Assembly (NCBI GenBank): GCA_963810275.1
Contig: CAWENF010000020.1
Span: 69,970-133,969 of the forward strand
Source of the DNA: an uncultured archaeon
GTDB taxonomy: Archaea > Thermoproteota > Bathyarchaeia > Bathyarchaeales > Bathycorpusculaceae
Reading direction: 5' to 3'
DNA: 64,000 nt
The notes beneath the pieces were generated by a model, which saw only the letters and a program-made list of their open reading frames with translations, ran no database searches and had not been told where the DNA came from. This document shows, one piece after another, positions 19,090-29,686 of the stretch; position 1 is the stretch's first letter, and the number at the start of each line of letters is the position of its first letter. A program made the translations under genes and the position numbers.

Positions 19090-21003
19090 ATGCACCAAAC
19101 CCTTAGCGCTCTCGAAAAATACTGGCTAAGTATAGTATTTGCGCTACTGGTTTTGGCTTCAGCGGCGTCTAGTTATCTTGCGGTGGCTGCGGCTTTAGTT
19201 TTCACTTTTCTGGTGCCAGGCTTAATCGCATACCGTTTCTTTCACCTAAACGGTGTCGAGAAATACGCATTTGTTCCCGTGTTTAGCGTGGTGGTTTCTG
19301 TACAGCTGATTTACTGGTTATCTATTTTGGTGGGGTACTCACGCTGGAGCATTCTACTTGGGTTCACATTCTTGACAGCGCTGTACACAACTATTGTCTA
19401 CTTTAAAGGTGAAACCATAAAGCCCCTAAGCTTGCTGCAGTTGGGAAAAATCCGAAAAACAAACATACTGCTCTTCGCGCTAATCTTCATAATTTCGCTT
19501 TCGGTGTTGGCGGTGAGTGTGTGGCGGGGCAACGACTACGGAATCGTCTTGACGGGGTCCAACTGGCAGGACACTCCAATGCACTACGAAATCATTGAAA
19601 GCATAAATAACGGCAACTTCCCGCCACAGACCCCCAGCTACGCTGGTACACCCCTGACCTATCATTACTTTGTGGACTTTCACACCTCCATCGTTGAAGC
19701 CATGTATGGCTATTTACCCACTGCTCTGCCGGTTTTAAACGCAATATTCATTCTGGTATTTTCCGTCGTGATGTATGCTTTGGTCCGGGATTATGGGAGC
19801 AAGGCGGCGTTTTTCGCGGCAATCGTAGGCGTGTTTGGCTGGGGCTTTAGCTATTTTGGCTTGTTCCAAGCATTAATTGACGGTACATTTACGGCTTCGA
19901 CAAATTACATCTATCAGTTTAGCGGACTCTTTGGGTTGCCATCCCCATTTGACAATTTGCTGCAGCAACGCCCACTCCTCATTGGGCTACCAGTGTTTGC
20001 CCTTGTTCTCCTTTTGCTACGTAACATGAAAGACCAAAACCGCCTGCTCCTCGCCGGAGTGCTCACTGGCCTAGTTTTTCCGTTCCATAGCGTAGCATTC
20101 TTTTGCTGCTACGTGGTGTTTGCTGCAGCAGTCATCTTTAACCTTAGAAAAATCAACCTAGGCTACCTCTACTTCCTGCTGCCAAGCATCTGCGCCTTAC
20201 CATTCATATTCTCTGGTGGTCCACCGATGTCCTTTAGCGTAAGCGCTGCGTTTTTTGGAGACTTCGTATTAAACAACAGCCCCTTACTTTACTACTTTGC
20301 AAACCTAGGCATCCCCTTAGTATTAGCCCTAATTTCTTTTGTCAAGCCGGGCCACGAATACGTCAAGCTAAGTTTCCTTGCACTTTTTATGATTCCCAAC
20401 ATCCTGCTTTTGACACCTTGGTCTTGGGACATGTACAAATTCTTCATATTCGCTTGGGTTCCAATTGTGCTATTAGCAAGCATTTTACTGGCAAAGGTTT
20501 CTAAAAGGGTGGTTTGCGCCGTGATTCTGCTCTCCGTCATAACAGCATCAAGTGTAATTATCTATAACGTCGGAACCGACTACACTGCCTTGACCTGGAG
20601 CGAATACGATGCTGCACTTTGGATTAAGGACAACACACCACAAAACTCTGTTTTCCTAACATACTATAGCATTCAGTGCCCCGTCACAATGGTTGCCGGC
20701 AGATTGAGGGTGGATGCATACGTTTACTGGTCTTACGGGCATGGGGAGCCACTAGATGAAGTCTATGGGCGCCAAAACGCTATCGACAACGCGTATGGCG
20801 GAAACCAAAGTGAGCTTGCCGAATTAGTGGGGCAGTACAACGTAAGCTACGTGTATGTCGGGGGCGAAGAGCAACGTCAATACTCTGGTTGCGTGGCGCA
20901 TATGGATTCCATCGGGTGGCTCAAGCAAGTTTATTCGCAGAACAGCCTCTACGTTTACCAAGTGGACACTGCTCAAATGAATACTTCGGTACCAACAACT
21001 TAA
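19090..21003 (+). CDS. Multi-pass membrane protein, probable GT-C fold glycosyltransferase
   Basis: Many TM segments, first external loop NWQDTPMH...YHY, C-terminal soluble domain WIKDNTP...YVYVG. Confidence 0.65.
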   Translation: MHQTLSALEKYWLSIVFALLVLASAASSYLAVAAALVFTFLVPGLIAYRFFHLNGVEKYAFVPVFSVVVSVQLIYWLSILVGYSRWSILLGFTFLTALYTTIVYFKGETIKPLSLLQLGKIRKTNILLFALIFIISLSVLAVSVWRGNDYGIVLTGSNWQDTPMHYEIIESINNGNFPPQTPSYAGTPLTYHYFVDFHTSIVEAMYGYLPTALPVLNAIFILVFSVVMYALVRDYGSKAAFFAAIVGVFGWGFSYFGLFQALIDGTFTASTNYIYQFSGLFGLPSPFDNLLQQRPLLIGLPVFALVLLLLRNMKDQNRLLLAGVLTGLVFPFHSVAFFCCYVVFAAAVIFNLRKINLGYLYFLLPSICALPFIFSGGPPMSFSVSAAFFGDFVLNNSPLLYYFANLGIPLVLALISFVKPGHEYVKLSFLALFMIPNILLLTPWSWDMYKFFIFAWVPIVLLASILLAKVSKRVVCAVILLSVITASSVIIYNVGTDYTALTWSEYDAALWIKDNTPQNSVFLTYYSIQCPVTMVAGRLRVDAYVYWSYGHGEPLDEVYGRQNAIDNAYGGNQSELAELVGQYNVSYVYVGGEEQRQYSGCVAHMDSIGWLKQVYSQNSLYVYQVDTAQMNTSVPTT

Positions 21004-21008
21004 TGCAT

Positions 21009-21503
21009 CTACGCTGTTTTGAGCAATGGCTGATGCTTCTTCCCCGACATGCCGTTAATGTCGATTCTGCCAATCGTCACCTTCAACACCTTCTCCGGAT
21101 TTAGTCGGGAGAGTTTAGCTTCGGGGTTAGGTGCAACCTGGAGTATCAACACCTTTAAACCATGCCACTTTTCCTCAGCATCCTCAACAAGCGTCATGGC
21201 ACCGTTGAAATGTACACTAGTATAAGCATAATCACACTCCTCTGTCACGCCAAAATCCAGCACCGCTTGTCCCCAAACGTTGGGGTTGACATCAGCGTAA
21301 ACCAGTTTTTTACCTTCCCTTGCACAGTGAAAATACAGGCAGTTACGCTCTTTATCATAGCCATGACTCAAAGCTACAAGGTAAGGCTTGTTGTCTTTGC
21401 AAAGCGCAACCGTGACGTATTTGGTTTGGGCTAAAACCCGTTTCATCTCAGCAGAGTCGGTGATTTCCCGCTCTTTACGTCTAACGTGAAAGGACATACT
21501 CAA
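21009..21503 (-). CDS. Pyridoxamine 5'-phosphate oxidase-like flavin-binding protein (NimA family)
   Basis: RRKEREI, PYLVAL, LYFHCAREGKK, YTSV..G. Confidence 0.88.
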   Translation of the reverse strand: MSMSFHVRRKEREITDSAEMKRVLAQTKYVTVALCKDNKPYLVALSHGYDKERNCLYFHCAREGKKLVYADVNPNVWGQAVLDFGVTEECDYAYTSVHFNGAMTLVEDAEEKWHGLKVLILQVAPNPEAKLSRLNPEKVLKVTIGRIDINGMSGKKHQPLLKTA

Positions 21504-21523
21504 AAAGAGGGAGGCTTTGGCTT

Positions 21524-22033
21524 TTAAGTCTTGATGCCACTGCGGATTTTGCTTTGCAGGAAGCTTACGATAGTGGGCGTGAAAATGGAGAACACCGCTA
21601 TCAAGTAATTTAGAGGGTAGACCATGGGATACTCGAATAGGTTGCCACCGTAGGTGCCCACTATGTTCTGCAAATTACCCCACAACTGGAAAAGCGACCA
21701 GAGGGTCACCCAAAGCATAGCACCCGCCAAGCGGTTAATGTATAATCTGCGTCTTCTCGGCTGTTTATTAGGCGTCTTGTATTGGAAATACACTTCAGCT
21801 GCTACGGCTCCAGCGGCGCCGGGGAAAACCATGTTAACCAAAATTTTCTCCACCAAGTTGCCTGGAATCCAGTGCCCAATCCAAGGCGTCTCCAAAAGAC
21901 TCAACAATGGAAGCGCAACATTACCTGTCGCAAGGCGTATAATTACGGGTATAGCATATACGCCTGCACCTGCGAGTTGCCAAATCCAAAACCGCCTCGA
22001 ACGCAGAGTCAGTTTTGCTGCTGTCCAACTCAT
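21524..22033 (-). CDS. Hypothetical membrane protein
   Basis: About four TM segments; 4-nt overlap with the upstream ORF. Confidence 0.7.
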   Translation of the reverse strand: MSWTAAKLTLRSRRFWIWQLAGAGVYAIPVIIRLATGNVALPLLSLLETPWIGHWIPGNLVEKILVNMVFPGAAGAVAAEVYFQYKTPNKQPRRRRLYINRLAGAMLWVTLWSLFQLWGNLQNIVGTYGGNLFEYPMVYPLNYLIAVFSIFTPTIVSFLQSKIRSGIKT

Positions 22034-22383
22034 TTCTTTTTCTTTCCAGCCGCCTCAACTTGTTTTGCTAAAACAGCGACAAACTGGCTGATCCGGTCGC
22101 GGCTTCTGCCAAAATCCGCCATCGCCGTGATTGTAGTGACTGGCGTCTCAGCTGTAAGGGTCATGCGGCAAGTGTTCTCATCTACCGCCTCTACTTCAAG
22201 ATTGATGACACTGCCATAGGATAGGAAGGCTCCTTTGGTTTTGAGTTTCGCTTTGTGTTTTTGGTCATCGATTTCTTGTATCTTCCACTCAAGCAACTCT
22301 ACCGTTTTGGGAATCATCGCCCATATTTTCTCAAGCGGATAGTCGATTTCGAGTTTTTCTTGCTCGTCGCGCAGATAAGCCAT
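22030..22383 (-). CDS. Hypothetical protein
   Basis: Plausible globular composition; ATG start after a GTGAG element. Confidence 0.7.
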   Translation of the reverse strand: MAYLRDEQEKLEIDYPLEKIWAMIPKTVELLEWKIQEIDDQKHKAKLKTKGAFLSYGSVINLEVEAVDENTCRMTLTAETPVTTITAMADFGRSRDRISQFVAVLAKQVEAAGKKKK

Positions 22384-22472
22384 GTTTACTCACTTGATGC
22401 ATGTTGGGGGGCCTACTTAACTCTTACAGAAATACATCTCAAACAATTTGGGGAATCGCAAAAGTTGGTCAC

Positions 22473-22847
22473 CTAAAGGGATTCTTTGAGTGCCGCAAAA
22501 TACGACATAACCTGAGCCATCTGCTCTCGAGACATCATTAAAACAGCACGGACTGCATCCCTCTGTGTAAGCGTAGCAGAAGCTGACAACGTTTTGATTG
22601 CATAGTCAAGGTTGTTGAAAAGCTGTTCCCATGGAATGTTAACCCGTTGCCCCTTAAGGTTGTAGAGTGCAAGGACATAGGCACTGGCACGACTGAGACT
22701 ATCTTTGAAGGCTTGCATGCTAGTGCCGATGGTCATTGGCTCGTAGTCGGTGCCCGCAACGAAACTGGCTAAGACCTTATAGTTCTCTTCGAGACCTTGA
22801 ATTTCGACCATTATGTCTTGTTTTATTTTGGCTTCTGCTTCGGTCAT
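22473..22847 (-). CDS. Hypothetical alpha-helical protein
   Basis: 124-aa ORF with a TATA-like box upstream. Confidence 0.7.
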   Translation of the reverse strand: MTEAEAKIKQDIMVEIQGLEENYKVLASFVAGTDYEPMTIGTSMQAFKDSLSRASAYVLALYNLKGQRVNIPWEQLFNNLDYAIKTLSASATLTQRDAVRAVLMMSREQMAQVMSYFAALKESL

Positions 22848-23306
22848 TGTACATCGCTTTTGAGTAAGATATAAACAAGTATTTTAGGCTTTAATGGAAA
22901 TATCACCCGCAAAAAATTCTTTTTTTTCGGAAGGCTAAACCCATAACAATTTAACTATATAAGGATTCAAACCACTTAGACACAAAGGGATTTCTCCAAG
23001 AATTGACAAGACGGAAAACACCGTTATCCAGAGTTCCAAGAGCCACTAACTTATCAGAGTAACTGGTGCGCTGAATCAACGCCGGGCAGCAAAGTCTACC
23101 AGATGCCACTCATATGCTATAAATAATCTTCATGGACAGTACCAATTTTCACTCGGCTTTAAAATCGTGCAAACGAAGCGAAGCGACCCACGCATGTACT
23201 TGTTAATATTAACAGGAAACTGCAGATTTTATCCAAGGATAAGGATGACGCGGAGTATTAAGGCTTGGAGTAAATGTTTTTATGCTAACTTGCTTGATTA
23301 ACAGTG

Positions 23307-23417
23307 ATGCGACAAAATTACAAAGAAGACGAATCAGATGCAATTTTTAAGAAACTGCCCAAGCATGGCTATACTAAAAAAGCCTCAGACGCCATATATG
23401 AATGGTACCATAGATGA
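23307..23417 (+). CDS. Small protein, 36 aa (MRQNYKEDESDAIFKKLPKHGYTKKASDAIYEWYHR)
   Basis: ATG about 24 nt after a TTTTTATG TATA-like box (leaderless geometry); below the ORF-track cutoff. Confidence 0.5.
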   Translation: MRQNYKEDESDAIFKKLPKHGYTKKASDAIYEWYHR

Positions 23418-23490
23418 ATAATTAAAAGGCTAAGAGTAAAGTAGATAAGACTTTTTTTGACCTGCCTATCCATACCCGAATATGTCTGTA

Positions 23491-24870
23491 TTAACTTGGG
23501 AGCATTCGTTTTAGGCTACTTCTGAGCCTGTTTCTAGCCAACCAATTAAGCCCCGACAACCCAACGGCGAATCCTAAAAGCTGCACAAACAATAACGGAC
23601 TACTAGCAGTCAGCGGATTGGAGACAAAAAAGCTGTAACCCACATCAGCGGCGGGCTGCACACGAAAAATCATAAACTCAGCTCCCGATAGCAAATTCAC
23701 GTATCGCATATTATACACCAAAGCATCTGCTGTCAAAAACAACCCCACCCCACACAAAACCCGAAGCCCCCACTTTCTAAGCTTACTTTTACCTACAGAA
23801 CCAATCGCTGCCATACTCTTTGGCACCAGCGAAGCTGCGAGCAGGGCGAAGTAGGGGAGGGCTTGGTAGCAATATTTGACTGCATTCTGGTAGGGCGCTT
23901 TTAAGTCGAAGGTGGCGCCAAGAGCTGTATCCACGCCAATAACAGCTAAAATGGTTGCTAAACAGATTGCGTCCACGATGAGCAGGCTGCGGTTGTCTCT
24001 CCAAAAAACTAAACCCGCCAATAATGCTAAAGCCGTTGCGAAAACGAATATCCAGCCTACCCCATAGTTGAGGACAAAGTTAGCGGCAAAAAAGTAGCTA
24101 GGAACCACACCAGCGGCGTTGTGGGTAGCAAAGTCACTGTGCAAAACAATGGATGACATGTTAATTCCAGCAATTGTCTCATACCACAGAAACGAAGCAA
24201 TCAACGTTGGCAACCCAAACGCCGCCAACCAACCCACGGCATGCAGAAGTCTTTTGGGGCGGTGGAAAAGGAAAAACATCAAAATAGGAATCAATGCAAA
24301 CACCGCGTAGAGTTTGGTGTTAAACGCAACGGCAAAAATTATGCCTGACGCCAAAAACAGCCCAAAAGACCTCCTGCGAAACGCATATACTGCTACAGCC
24401 AGACTTAGCAGGCTAAATAACAGGCATTGCACGTCGATTAAGTATGCTCGAGAGAGGATGAGGTGCCAAGGGCTAAACGCCATAAGAGCCGCTGCCAAAA
24501 CGCCTGTGACACGGCCGTAAAGTGCCGCCCCGATAACGTAGACTAAGTATAAGCATACCAGACCCATTAAGGCGGTGAAAACTGTCCCTTCTTGGATTGA
24601 CAAACCAAATATATTTGCCCATGCCGCCTGCAGGAAAAAGCCGATGGGTGGCTGGTCGATGAGGTAGTGTCCGTTGGCGTAGGGCAATCCATTATTTAAC
24701 ACCCCTGAGGTTGCGTCAAGCTCCCATGCGGTGTCGCCGTTTGTGAAGGGCCCAAGCGAAGACACTACCAATAGAAACCCAGCCAGAACAGCTAGAAGGG
24801 GGTAGTAATCGTTTATTAGCCTCTTCAATCGGGCTCCCCCATTATGTTTTGCTGACCCTGTTTTCTCCAT
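23491..24870 (-). CDS. ArnT/PMT-like (GT-C) glycosyltransferase
   Basis: NGD..WE loop, DQPP, SRAYLIDV, NTKLY; many TM helices. Confidence 0.82.
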   Translation of the reverse strand: MEKTGSAKHNGGARLKRLINDYYPLLAVLAGFLLVVSSLGPFTNGDTAWELDATSGVLNNGLPYANGHYLIDQPPIGFFLQAAWANIFGLSIQEGTVFTALMGLVCLYLVYVIGAALYGRVTGVLAAALMAFSPWHLILSRAYLIDVQCLLFSLLSLAVAVYAFRRRSFGLFLASGIIFAVAFNTKLYAVFALIPILMFFLFHRPKRLLHAVGWLAAFGLPTLIASFLWYETIAGINMSSIVLHSDFATHNAAGVVPSYFFAANFVLNYGVGWIFVFATALALLAGLVFWRDNRSLLIVDAICLATILAVIGVDTALGATFDLKAPYQNAVKYCYQALPYFALLAASLVPKSMAAIGSVGKSKLRKWGLRVLCGVGLFLTADALVYNMRYVNLLSGAEFMIFRVQPAADVGYSFFVSNPLTASSPLLFVQLLGFAVGLSGLNWLARNRLRSSLKRMLPS

Positions 24871-24875
24871 GACGG

Positions 24876-25958
24876 TTACCCCAAAATTCTCCTTAGATAT
24901 GACACCTTCTTAAGCGGCACAAGGATAGCTAAACAAATCAGCAACGTTACAGCCGTCACAAGCGGAATTTCCACCACAGGGTAAAAAGTGGTTACGCTCA
25001 GTTGGAAACCTAGATATCCATTTTCCAATGTTTCCAGCACAATCACGTGGAACAAGTAGATGGGCAGAGTGTTTTGGCTAATAACGGATAGTACACGGCT
25101 GGTTTTTTTGTGTTTTTCCATAGCTGAGTTAGGTGTGGAGGTTATCAACAGAAAAAGCCCAATCGAAGCGGGTATTGCGGTTATGCTTGAAGAAGTTAAA
25201 AAGGCCACCGCATAGTTTTCTCCCAACGTCCCTACCGTGGCATACGTACCTAACATCATGAAAACTGTGCTCAATAGGTACATGCTAAAAAGTGTTCGAC
25301 GGCGCCACTGCAATCTGCTGATGTATGCACCCAAAATGTAGTAGCCCACTAGCCCTGTTAAAAGAAAGAGGCTTTGCTGAAACCAGAACGCTGGGTTTTT
25401 AAGGTCTGAGTATAACCCGATTAGTGGCACCACGGCTGATCCTACAAGCCAAAGCACCATAAAGTACTTGATTATTTTCCAGTCCGCGTAGGAGACAATG
25501 ACCCGTAGAAGAGGCGTAATCAGGTAAAGCCCGATTAGGATGTAGATAAACCAGAAATGGAAGTATGGTCCAGTCAATATGCCTCTGAAAATAAAGTCGG
25601 CTGTGACCGTCTGGTCTCGGACTAGGAACTGCCAAACAAAGTAGATGGCACCCCAAAAGATGACTGGGATGCCGATTCTTTTCCAACGCTTCTTAAAAAA
25701 CAACCTTAGGGGCTCATCGGTTTTTTCTGGACGCAGAAGCAAAATACCCGTCAACATGACAAAAAGCGGCACGCAAGGAATTGCGATGGAACGATAAGCG
25801 GTTTGGGTCCACCAGAACGTCACGCCCTCTGGCGACATGAAATCCAGCGAGAGGTTAGGTTCGATGGATGCATGAAGTAAAATGACCAGCACTATCGCAA
25901 CAGTGCGTACTAGGTCTACTGGCAGATTAATACCCTGAGTTTTTGGGTAAGATTCCAA
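24876..25958 (-). CDS. Acyltransferase family 3 (OafA/WecH-like)
   Basis: DLVRTVAIVLVILLHAS, CVPLFVMLTG, FFKKRWKRI, HFWFIY, IYLFH. Confidence 0.9.
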   Translation of the reverse strand: MESYPKTQGINLPVDLVRTVAIVLVILLHASIEPNLSLDFMSPEGVTFWWTQTAYRSIAIPCVPLFVMLTGILLLRPEKTDEPLRLFFKKRWKRIGIPVIFWGAIYFVWQFLVRDQTVTADFIFRGILTGPYFHFWFIYILIGLYLITPLLRVIVSYADWKIIKYFMVLWLVGSAVVPLIGLYSDLKNPAFWFQQSLFLLTGLVGYYILGAYISRLQWRRRTLFSMYLLSTVFMMLGTYATVGTLGENYAVAFLTSSSITAIPASIGLFLLITSTPNSAMEKHKKTSRVLSVISQNTLPIYLFHVIVLETLENGYLGFQLSVTTFYPVVEIPLVTAVTLLICLAILVPLKKVSYLRRILG

Positions 25959-26040
25959 CCAATCGCCAATTACTTGTTATGAACGGTTTTCCTCTTATAA
26001 TATTTTGCATTTTGCCCGTTAAAAAGACAGATTTTGCTAT

Positions 26041-26736
26041 CTACACAGTTAATTCGCCGTAATCGTGGATGTCGGTTACAGCGTGACAAAGCGTCGAAGC
26101 AATAAGTTTTGCTCCGTCATCAGTTGGGTGGATTCCATCCATGAAGTAGTCTGAGCGGTTACCAAACGTAGCGTACAAGTCCACGGTGGGTAAGTCGTAA
26201 ATATCTGCAACATACTCGATTTGGGGAAAAATCTCAGTAGTCAAATAGGTGTTGTTGTAAGGGGAGGGGGCAGAAACAAACATCGGTGGCGAATTTACAA
26301 TAACCACTTGCGGCTTGCTCTCCAACTCCAAAAAACCATTGACTATTTCGGTGTAGTCTGCTTCAAAGGTGTTTTCGTTATATATCACCTCAGGGTTCGC
26401 ATCGTTTGTCCCGAGCAGAATCAAAACAATGTCGGGCTGGAAATCTTTGGCTTTCTCGAACTGCCGCTGCTCAAGATAGGGCAATTGGGAGTCTCTTGTA
26501 ACCGTCGAGCCAGAGAGACCAAAATTCTTAACACTGTAGTATGCGCCAAGCATCACTTGAAGCTTCTCTGGGTAGGTACTTGCCATTGTAATGCTGTCGC
26601 CGACACATGCCACCCGAGTCATGTGGATTTTTCGGTCGTATTCAAGGCAGCCAATCATGGTTAAGCCAGAGAACGCCATTACAGCAATGATACTCAGTGC
26701 AAATGCAGTTTTCGTTGTCCTCTCCAGCTTATTCAT
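26041..26736 (-). CDS. SGNH/GDSL esterase with N-terminal membrane anchor
   Basis: VACVGDSIT, NFGLSG, LLGTND, DGIHP; hydrophobic N-terminus. Confidence 0.9.
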   Translation of the reverse strand: MNKLERTTKTAFALSIIAVMAFSGLTMIGCLEYDRKIHMTRVACVGDSITMASTYPEKLQVMLGAYYSVKNFGLSGSTVTRDSQLPYLEQRQFEKAKDFQPDIVLILLGTNDANPEVIYNENTFEADYTEIVNGFLELESKPQVVIVNSPPMFVSAPSPYNNTYLTTEIFPQIEYVADIYDLPTVDLYATFGNRSDYFMDGIHPTDDGAKLIASTLCHAVTDIHDYGELTV

Positions 26737-26830
26737 AGAGCAACACGTTTTTCGAGTCTAAATATAAGGGTATAGTTTTATTTTATGGTGAAAAAACTCG
26801 TTTTAAACGGTATTTCTCATAAGAAACATA

Positions 26831-27416
26831 TCATTTAAAAGCTGTGGCAATAGCTTGATGGACTGTTTTTGCGATAACTTCTGCACCTGACCCGTTTGGG
26901 TGCACTCCATCGGAGAAAAACTGTGGACTTCTAAGCGCAGTGTACACATCAATTAGGTTAGTGACAGGTTGATTGCAGTATTTTTGATCGCGGGCAATAC
27001 CTCTTTTATGAGTAAACGTGCACTTAAACCTGAGGTGTGACCAAAAATCGGCGGTGGCAAAGCAACCCATATTCTGGGCTTTGTGGGTAAAGACTGTAAA
27101 CTTTTGATTAGCATCTCGAAGTCTTGGCTTAAGACGTCGCTGCCTCGCTGGAGGGTCAAGTCGGCATCGTTTGTTCCAAGCATAACTACTGCGACTTCAG
27201 GTTTGGATTGGGCGGCGCAGGTGTATGCCTCGCTGTACTTGTAGGGATACGGTGATCTAAGCTTATCGTGGTGCCGCATGCACCAAAGTTGCCTACTTCA
27301 TAGTTGTCGCCTAAAAGGCGTTGGAGGTTGTAGGGGTATTTTGTTAGTTCGGTTATGCTGTCGCCTATGCATGATATGCGTTTTTTTGATTGGGGGCTAC
27401 TTCGGCTTGTTTGCAT
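26831..27416 (-). CDS. Second SGNH/GDSL esterase, split by two frameshifts
   Basis: CIGDSIT in 27186-27416, MLGTNDA in 26953-27279, DGVHP in 26831-27070. Confidence 0.8.
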
Positions 27417-27726
27417 GTGATGTATTGATATTTATGGTGATTTGAGTATTGTGTTTGGCTTGTTCACTGCACATTGGATAATTATCTTAGCTGCATGATT
27501 ATTCTCAGTTGCTAAAACGCAGGCAATCAGCAATAGCCGCAATTGCAACCGCTTGAAAGTGCACCTACACTTACGACGGACGATATCCGTAAAGATATCC
27601 AAGACCAATACCCAAGTCAAGCAGTCTTGCGGGTGAAAGCAGTTACAATGTCAAAATACATCATGTTGAACTGGCAACGGTTTGGCTGTAATAAAACCAG
27701 CATGAAAGAAAACTAATAGGTAATAG

Positions 27727-28408
27727 CTATTTTTTGTCGATAATTGATAATACTGGGTAAAGTTCGTTTATACTCTTTGATACCTCGGCCATTATTCCTT
27801 TGAGGATGTATCCGAAGTCTTCTGGTCGCCTCTGGATTACTTTGCTGACTAGGTATCTGTGTCCGGTCAATGAGGTTCCCTCAAGTTGTTGGGTTTCTTT
27901 TATTGCATTTTCTAAGGCAAGTTTGGTACTTCCATACATTGTTAGCGCCCATTGAAGAGATCTGAACGTTCCTTATGTGATAATGCCAGAAGGTGTCACA
28001 AAGGCAATATCCTGTGGCTTTGCTGCTAAGAGATTCCAACTCCCCAGCTAAAGCGCCGCTTAATATTAATTCATAATATTTTACCCTATACTGATACGCC
28101 GAAACCCCAAAGTTCAAACCTATTCGAACATCAATGGGAGTAAAAGATACACCTATATGTGCCCTTTCGACGTGGGCTTTTTTATCCGAGGCATCAAGCC
28201 CCACGAAAGGAATCCAAATTCCACCAGTGTTAGGACAAAAACTCGAAATTCGTGCGCTCTTAAGTGGCACTGTTAGTTTCTTTTCTATTTCCCGCTGAAT
28301 AAACGGGGACTTCGTGTATAACCTGTCAAGGTTATCAAAGTCTGATTCTTCGATTTCGCATTTTACATCGATCAAAGATTGCGTTGAGCGATGGTAGAAG
28401 TCAAACAT
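27727..28408 (-). CDS. Hypothetical protein, probably one gene split by a frameshift
   Basis: Overlapping ORFs 27881-28408 and 27727-27939 with globular composition. Confidence 0.5.
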
Positions 28409-28684
28409 GGCTGTTTTCCTTTTCTGCTTGTTTGGCTAATTCGGGTTTTGGCTGATTTAGAGGTTTTGGAGAACCAGGGTTTGCTTGGTATGCGAAATAC
28501 TTTTGGAAAGAAAGCGAATAGTAATTCTCAATTTGCCAATCCAATTGTGCATAACCTCAGGAAAAAACCTGTAAACTTAAGCTAAAGGTTTTTAGGTAAT
28601 AGTTGCTTACACAACCTTCATTAAACTTTGCATTATTTGTTTTTATATAGCCTTTGACCTCATAAACGTAGGCGGATTAGTTGT

Positions 28685-29686
28685 ATGTCTGAGATAATAA
28701 CTGTTAAAGATCTTGTTTTGGTTTACGCTGACGGTACTAAAGCCGTTGACAACATTTCGTTTAGCGTAGCAAAAGGGGAGTTTTTTGGTTTTCTGGGGCC
28801 AAATGGGGCGGGAAAAAGCACCACCATTAAAATCCTCACTACATTACTCAAAAAAACCAGCGGCAAGTCACGGTGGCAGGTTATGATATGGATAGTAATG
28901 CTTCGGATATCCGCAGGTTAATCGGCGTTCAGAGCCAAGACACGACAGTGGATGGAGATTTGACGGGTAGAGAAAACCTTACGTTGCAGGGGCATTTCCA
29001 GCAAATGTCGGGTCCCGCATTAAAGAGCCGAGTTGATGAGTTGCTACAGTTAGTGGGGCTTGAATCCGCTGCGAATAAACGTACAAAAAACTATTCGGGT
29101 GGGATGAAAAAACGTCTGGATTTGGCGACGGCATTAGTGCATAAGCCGCAACTAGTTTTCCTTGACGAACCCACGACAGGTCTGGACCCTCAGTCACGCA
29201 ATGCAATTTGGGATTATCTTGAGAAATTAAATAGAGAGGGTATAACTATTTTTTTGACCACACAGTATCTCGAAGAAGCCGACAGATTATGCAAACGTTT
29301 GGCAATTATTGATTTTGGCAAAATCGTTACTTCAGGATCGCCTACGCAGTTGAAGCAAGAAATAGGCGCAGACTCTATCAAGGTGTCTATGGAGAATTGT
29401 GAGAGAGATAAGTCTCGGGCAAAGGAGCTTCTAAAGAGTCTTGTAGGGGTGACGGAGGTTGTGGATGCGGGTAGCGAAGATTGTTTAAACGTTTTTGCTA
29501 AAAAGGCGGGGCCTTTGGTGGCGGATATTGTTAGAGCCTTTGACAGCAGCGACATCAGACTAACCTCAGTCACTTTCTCGTCTCCCTCGCTCGATGACGT
29601 TTTTCTACGTCACACAGGCAGAAGCATACGCGCTGGAAGACATGGCGAAGTCGCGGGGCAAAAAGTTTGGTGGAGGCAAACGCTAA
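28685..29686 (+). CDS. ABC-2 exporter ATP-binding protein (DrrA-like); two frameshifts
   Basis: [31 protein letters not shown]; indels near 28867 and 29635; TAA abuts the permease ATG. Confidence 0.9.
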
